A DNA stretch of 63,115 bases, filler included, from Olpidium bornovanus S191 (Eukaryota > Fungi > Olpidiomycota), in assembly GCA_017911155.1 (NCBI GenBank). It is 23 parts of 23 records of this genome, joined end to end, with 100 filler letters (N's around TTAATTAATTAA, not from the genome) between each part and the next. Parts side by side here need not be neighbours in the genome. Positions count along the whole stretch, not along the records: positions 61,564 to 63,115 come from JAEFCI010002557.1; 22 more parts are not named here. One strand, written 5' to 3'. Position 1 is the stretch's first letter, and every line of letters begins with the position of its first letter. Below the pieces are notes generated by a model, which saw only the letters and a list, made by a program, of their open reading frames with translations, made no database searches and was not told where the DNA came from. Shown here one piece after another: positions 61,740 to 63,115 of the stretch. A program made the position numbers and the translations under genes.

Positions 61740-63061
61740 TACCTCGTAACGGTGCTTGGAATCAATAAAGACGTCTTCGATATCCAACAGATCGTAGGAG
61801 AAACGCGCGTTTGGACCGATCCCCTCGCCCTAGGCGCGGAGATTTTGAAATGTTCAGGGCAAAAGAAATAAAATCCGACGGGACGGCGTCCGAAAGCCAA
61901 AAACATACGGTGATCTGAAGCGGCAGCCGTATTTCCCGTCCGGAGACTTGGCAGAAAATTGTCTGGTTATGAACCGACGCCATGACCGGTCTAAAAATCA
62001 CGGTTATGTCCACACAGGAGTTCGGATAGATGTTACCCTCCACGGGCTCTATTGTCAGAATGTCATCGTCGAATAACATCTTGTTACGCTCAACATCCCG
62101 GTGCTTGTTCTGTCGGGAGTAAAAACAATAAGATTCGGCAGGTGGCCCCAGCCCCGCCATCATTTTCTTTCTCACCCCCCATCCCCCCTTTGTTTTTTTC
62201 CCTCTAGTTGCGGCCAAATTTTCGCCTTGCCGCGTTCAACAGAACAGGATCGCTAACGCCGACGCACTTTGTACCTCCTGCTCAAAAGGCAGATATCCGT
62301 CAGACTCGACGACCCGTACTTCGCCAGGGCGTTTCTTTCGATTTTTTCCTCTTCGTCAAGTTCGGACTGGTGACGGTAGCGAAACTGGTCTTCCTCAAAG
62401 TCGGTAGCAAACTTTTTCCACTGAAAGTGGGCCTTTCGCGTCACCCCCCTGATATATTAGCCTGGCGTCGTTACGAATTAGCCCGGCCGGGCCCCCCCCC
62501 CCACACCACACCAAAAAAATAAATAAATAAACAATTACCATAATATCGCTCCTGTTCATTATTCGGATTGTTTTCATTGATGCCCTGGTGATGTAGGTGT
62601 GATCCAGCTGAAGGAGGTTCTGCTCCAGCCGTATATCAGCGTCTTCGGCTTGCGCAATAAGGCGAACGTTCACTTGTTCCCCAGAGTGGTATTTGACCGT
62701 CAGCTCGTTATTAAAACTCCCGACCCTCTGGGTGGCCGGCGCACCGCGGTTAAGGAATTTGTTTGACCGTTTGAGCGTTCACAAGAACGGGAATCCTTGT
62801 GCATGTGTGTGTGTGCAAGGGGGGGGGGGGGCGGGCGAGGTCCGGCCAGAGTAAACGGCGTACCTCGGGCGTAAAGGCGATGTCAAGCTGCATGTTTGCG
62901 TTGACGTCAAGGTATCCGTACGAGGGTATGGCCGTAAAAGGGCCGTCCGTCTCGATAACAAATTTTGCCGGGCTGTTCCCGACGTTACGGACGAGCATGG
63001 TCTTCTTGGTCGTGTGCGCAACGGCCGATTCCGGGAAATTGATTACGTCGGGGAAGTCCAA
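61740..63061 (-). CDS. HYDIN: HYDIN (axonemal central-pair protein), internal exons
   Basis: DFPDVINFP..AV...KKTMLVRNVGN, IRLEQNLLQLDHTYIT, AHFQWKKFAT, IEPVEGNIYPNS, IFCQVSGREIRLPLQI, GEGIGP. Confidence 0.93.
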
Positions 63062-63115
63062 AATCGCTTGGGGAAGCGCGGCGGGGAAAAAGCGTCAAAA
63101 CGTTTCCGAGATATC

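Noticed and set aside
1-63115. Gene clustering across the window (for example flagellar or membrane-traffic genes as a functional cluster)
   Set aside because: Contigs are concatenated by artificial spacers, so adjacency carries no biological information.

Overview
This is eukaryotic DNA, and the window is not one continuous locus. It consists of 23 short contigs (about 1-9 kb) joined by 22 artificial 100-bp spacers (N44-TTAATTAATTAA-N44), so neighbours across spacers are not linked. Many contig ends fall at CATG or at long homopolymers. Host genes are intron-rich and GC-rich. They look fungal (septin Cdc3, Pho8, Yif1, Imp4, Mog1, Cox16, Atg101, a hybrid histidine kinase, an FNT transporter) and include flagellar genes (HYDIN, a PPP1R36-like gene). 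This points to a zoosporic fungus; an Olpidium-like draft assembly is my guess and cannot be verified here. Several LTR retrotransposon fragments and one tRNA-Glu are present. The strongest novelty candidate is a Ty1/copia fragment with a canonical chromodomain between the integrase C-terminus and RT. Two other elements pair a copia/Ty5-type half-tRNA primer site with a gag that looks Ty3/gypsy-like, which together suggest a mosaic copia lineage. Other highlights are an all-helical protein with an exact 53-residue (about 8 nm) repeat, a 5-nt microexon in PHO8, and a tetraspanin with a large extracellular insert.
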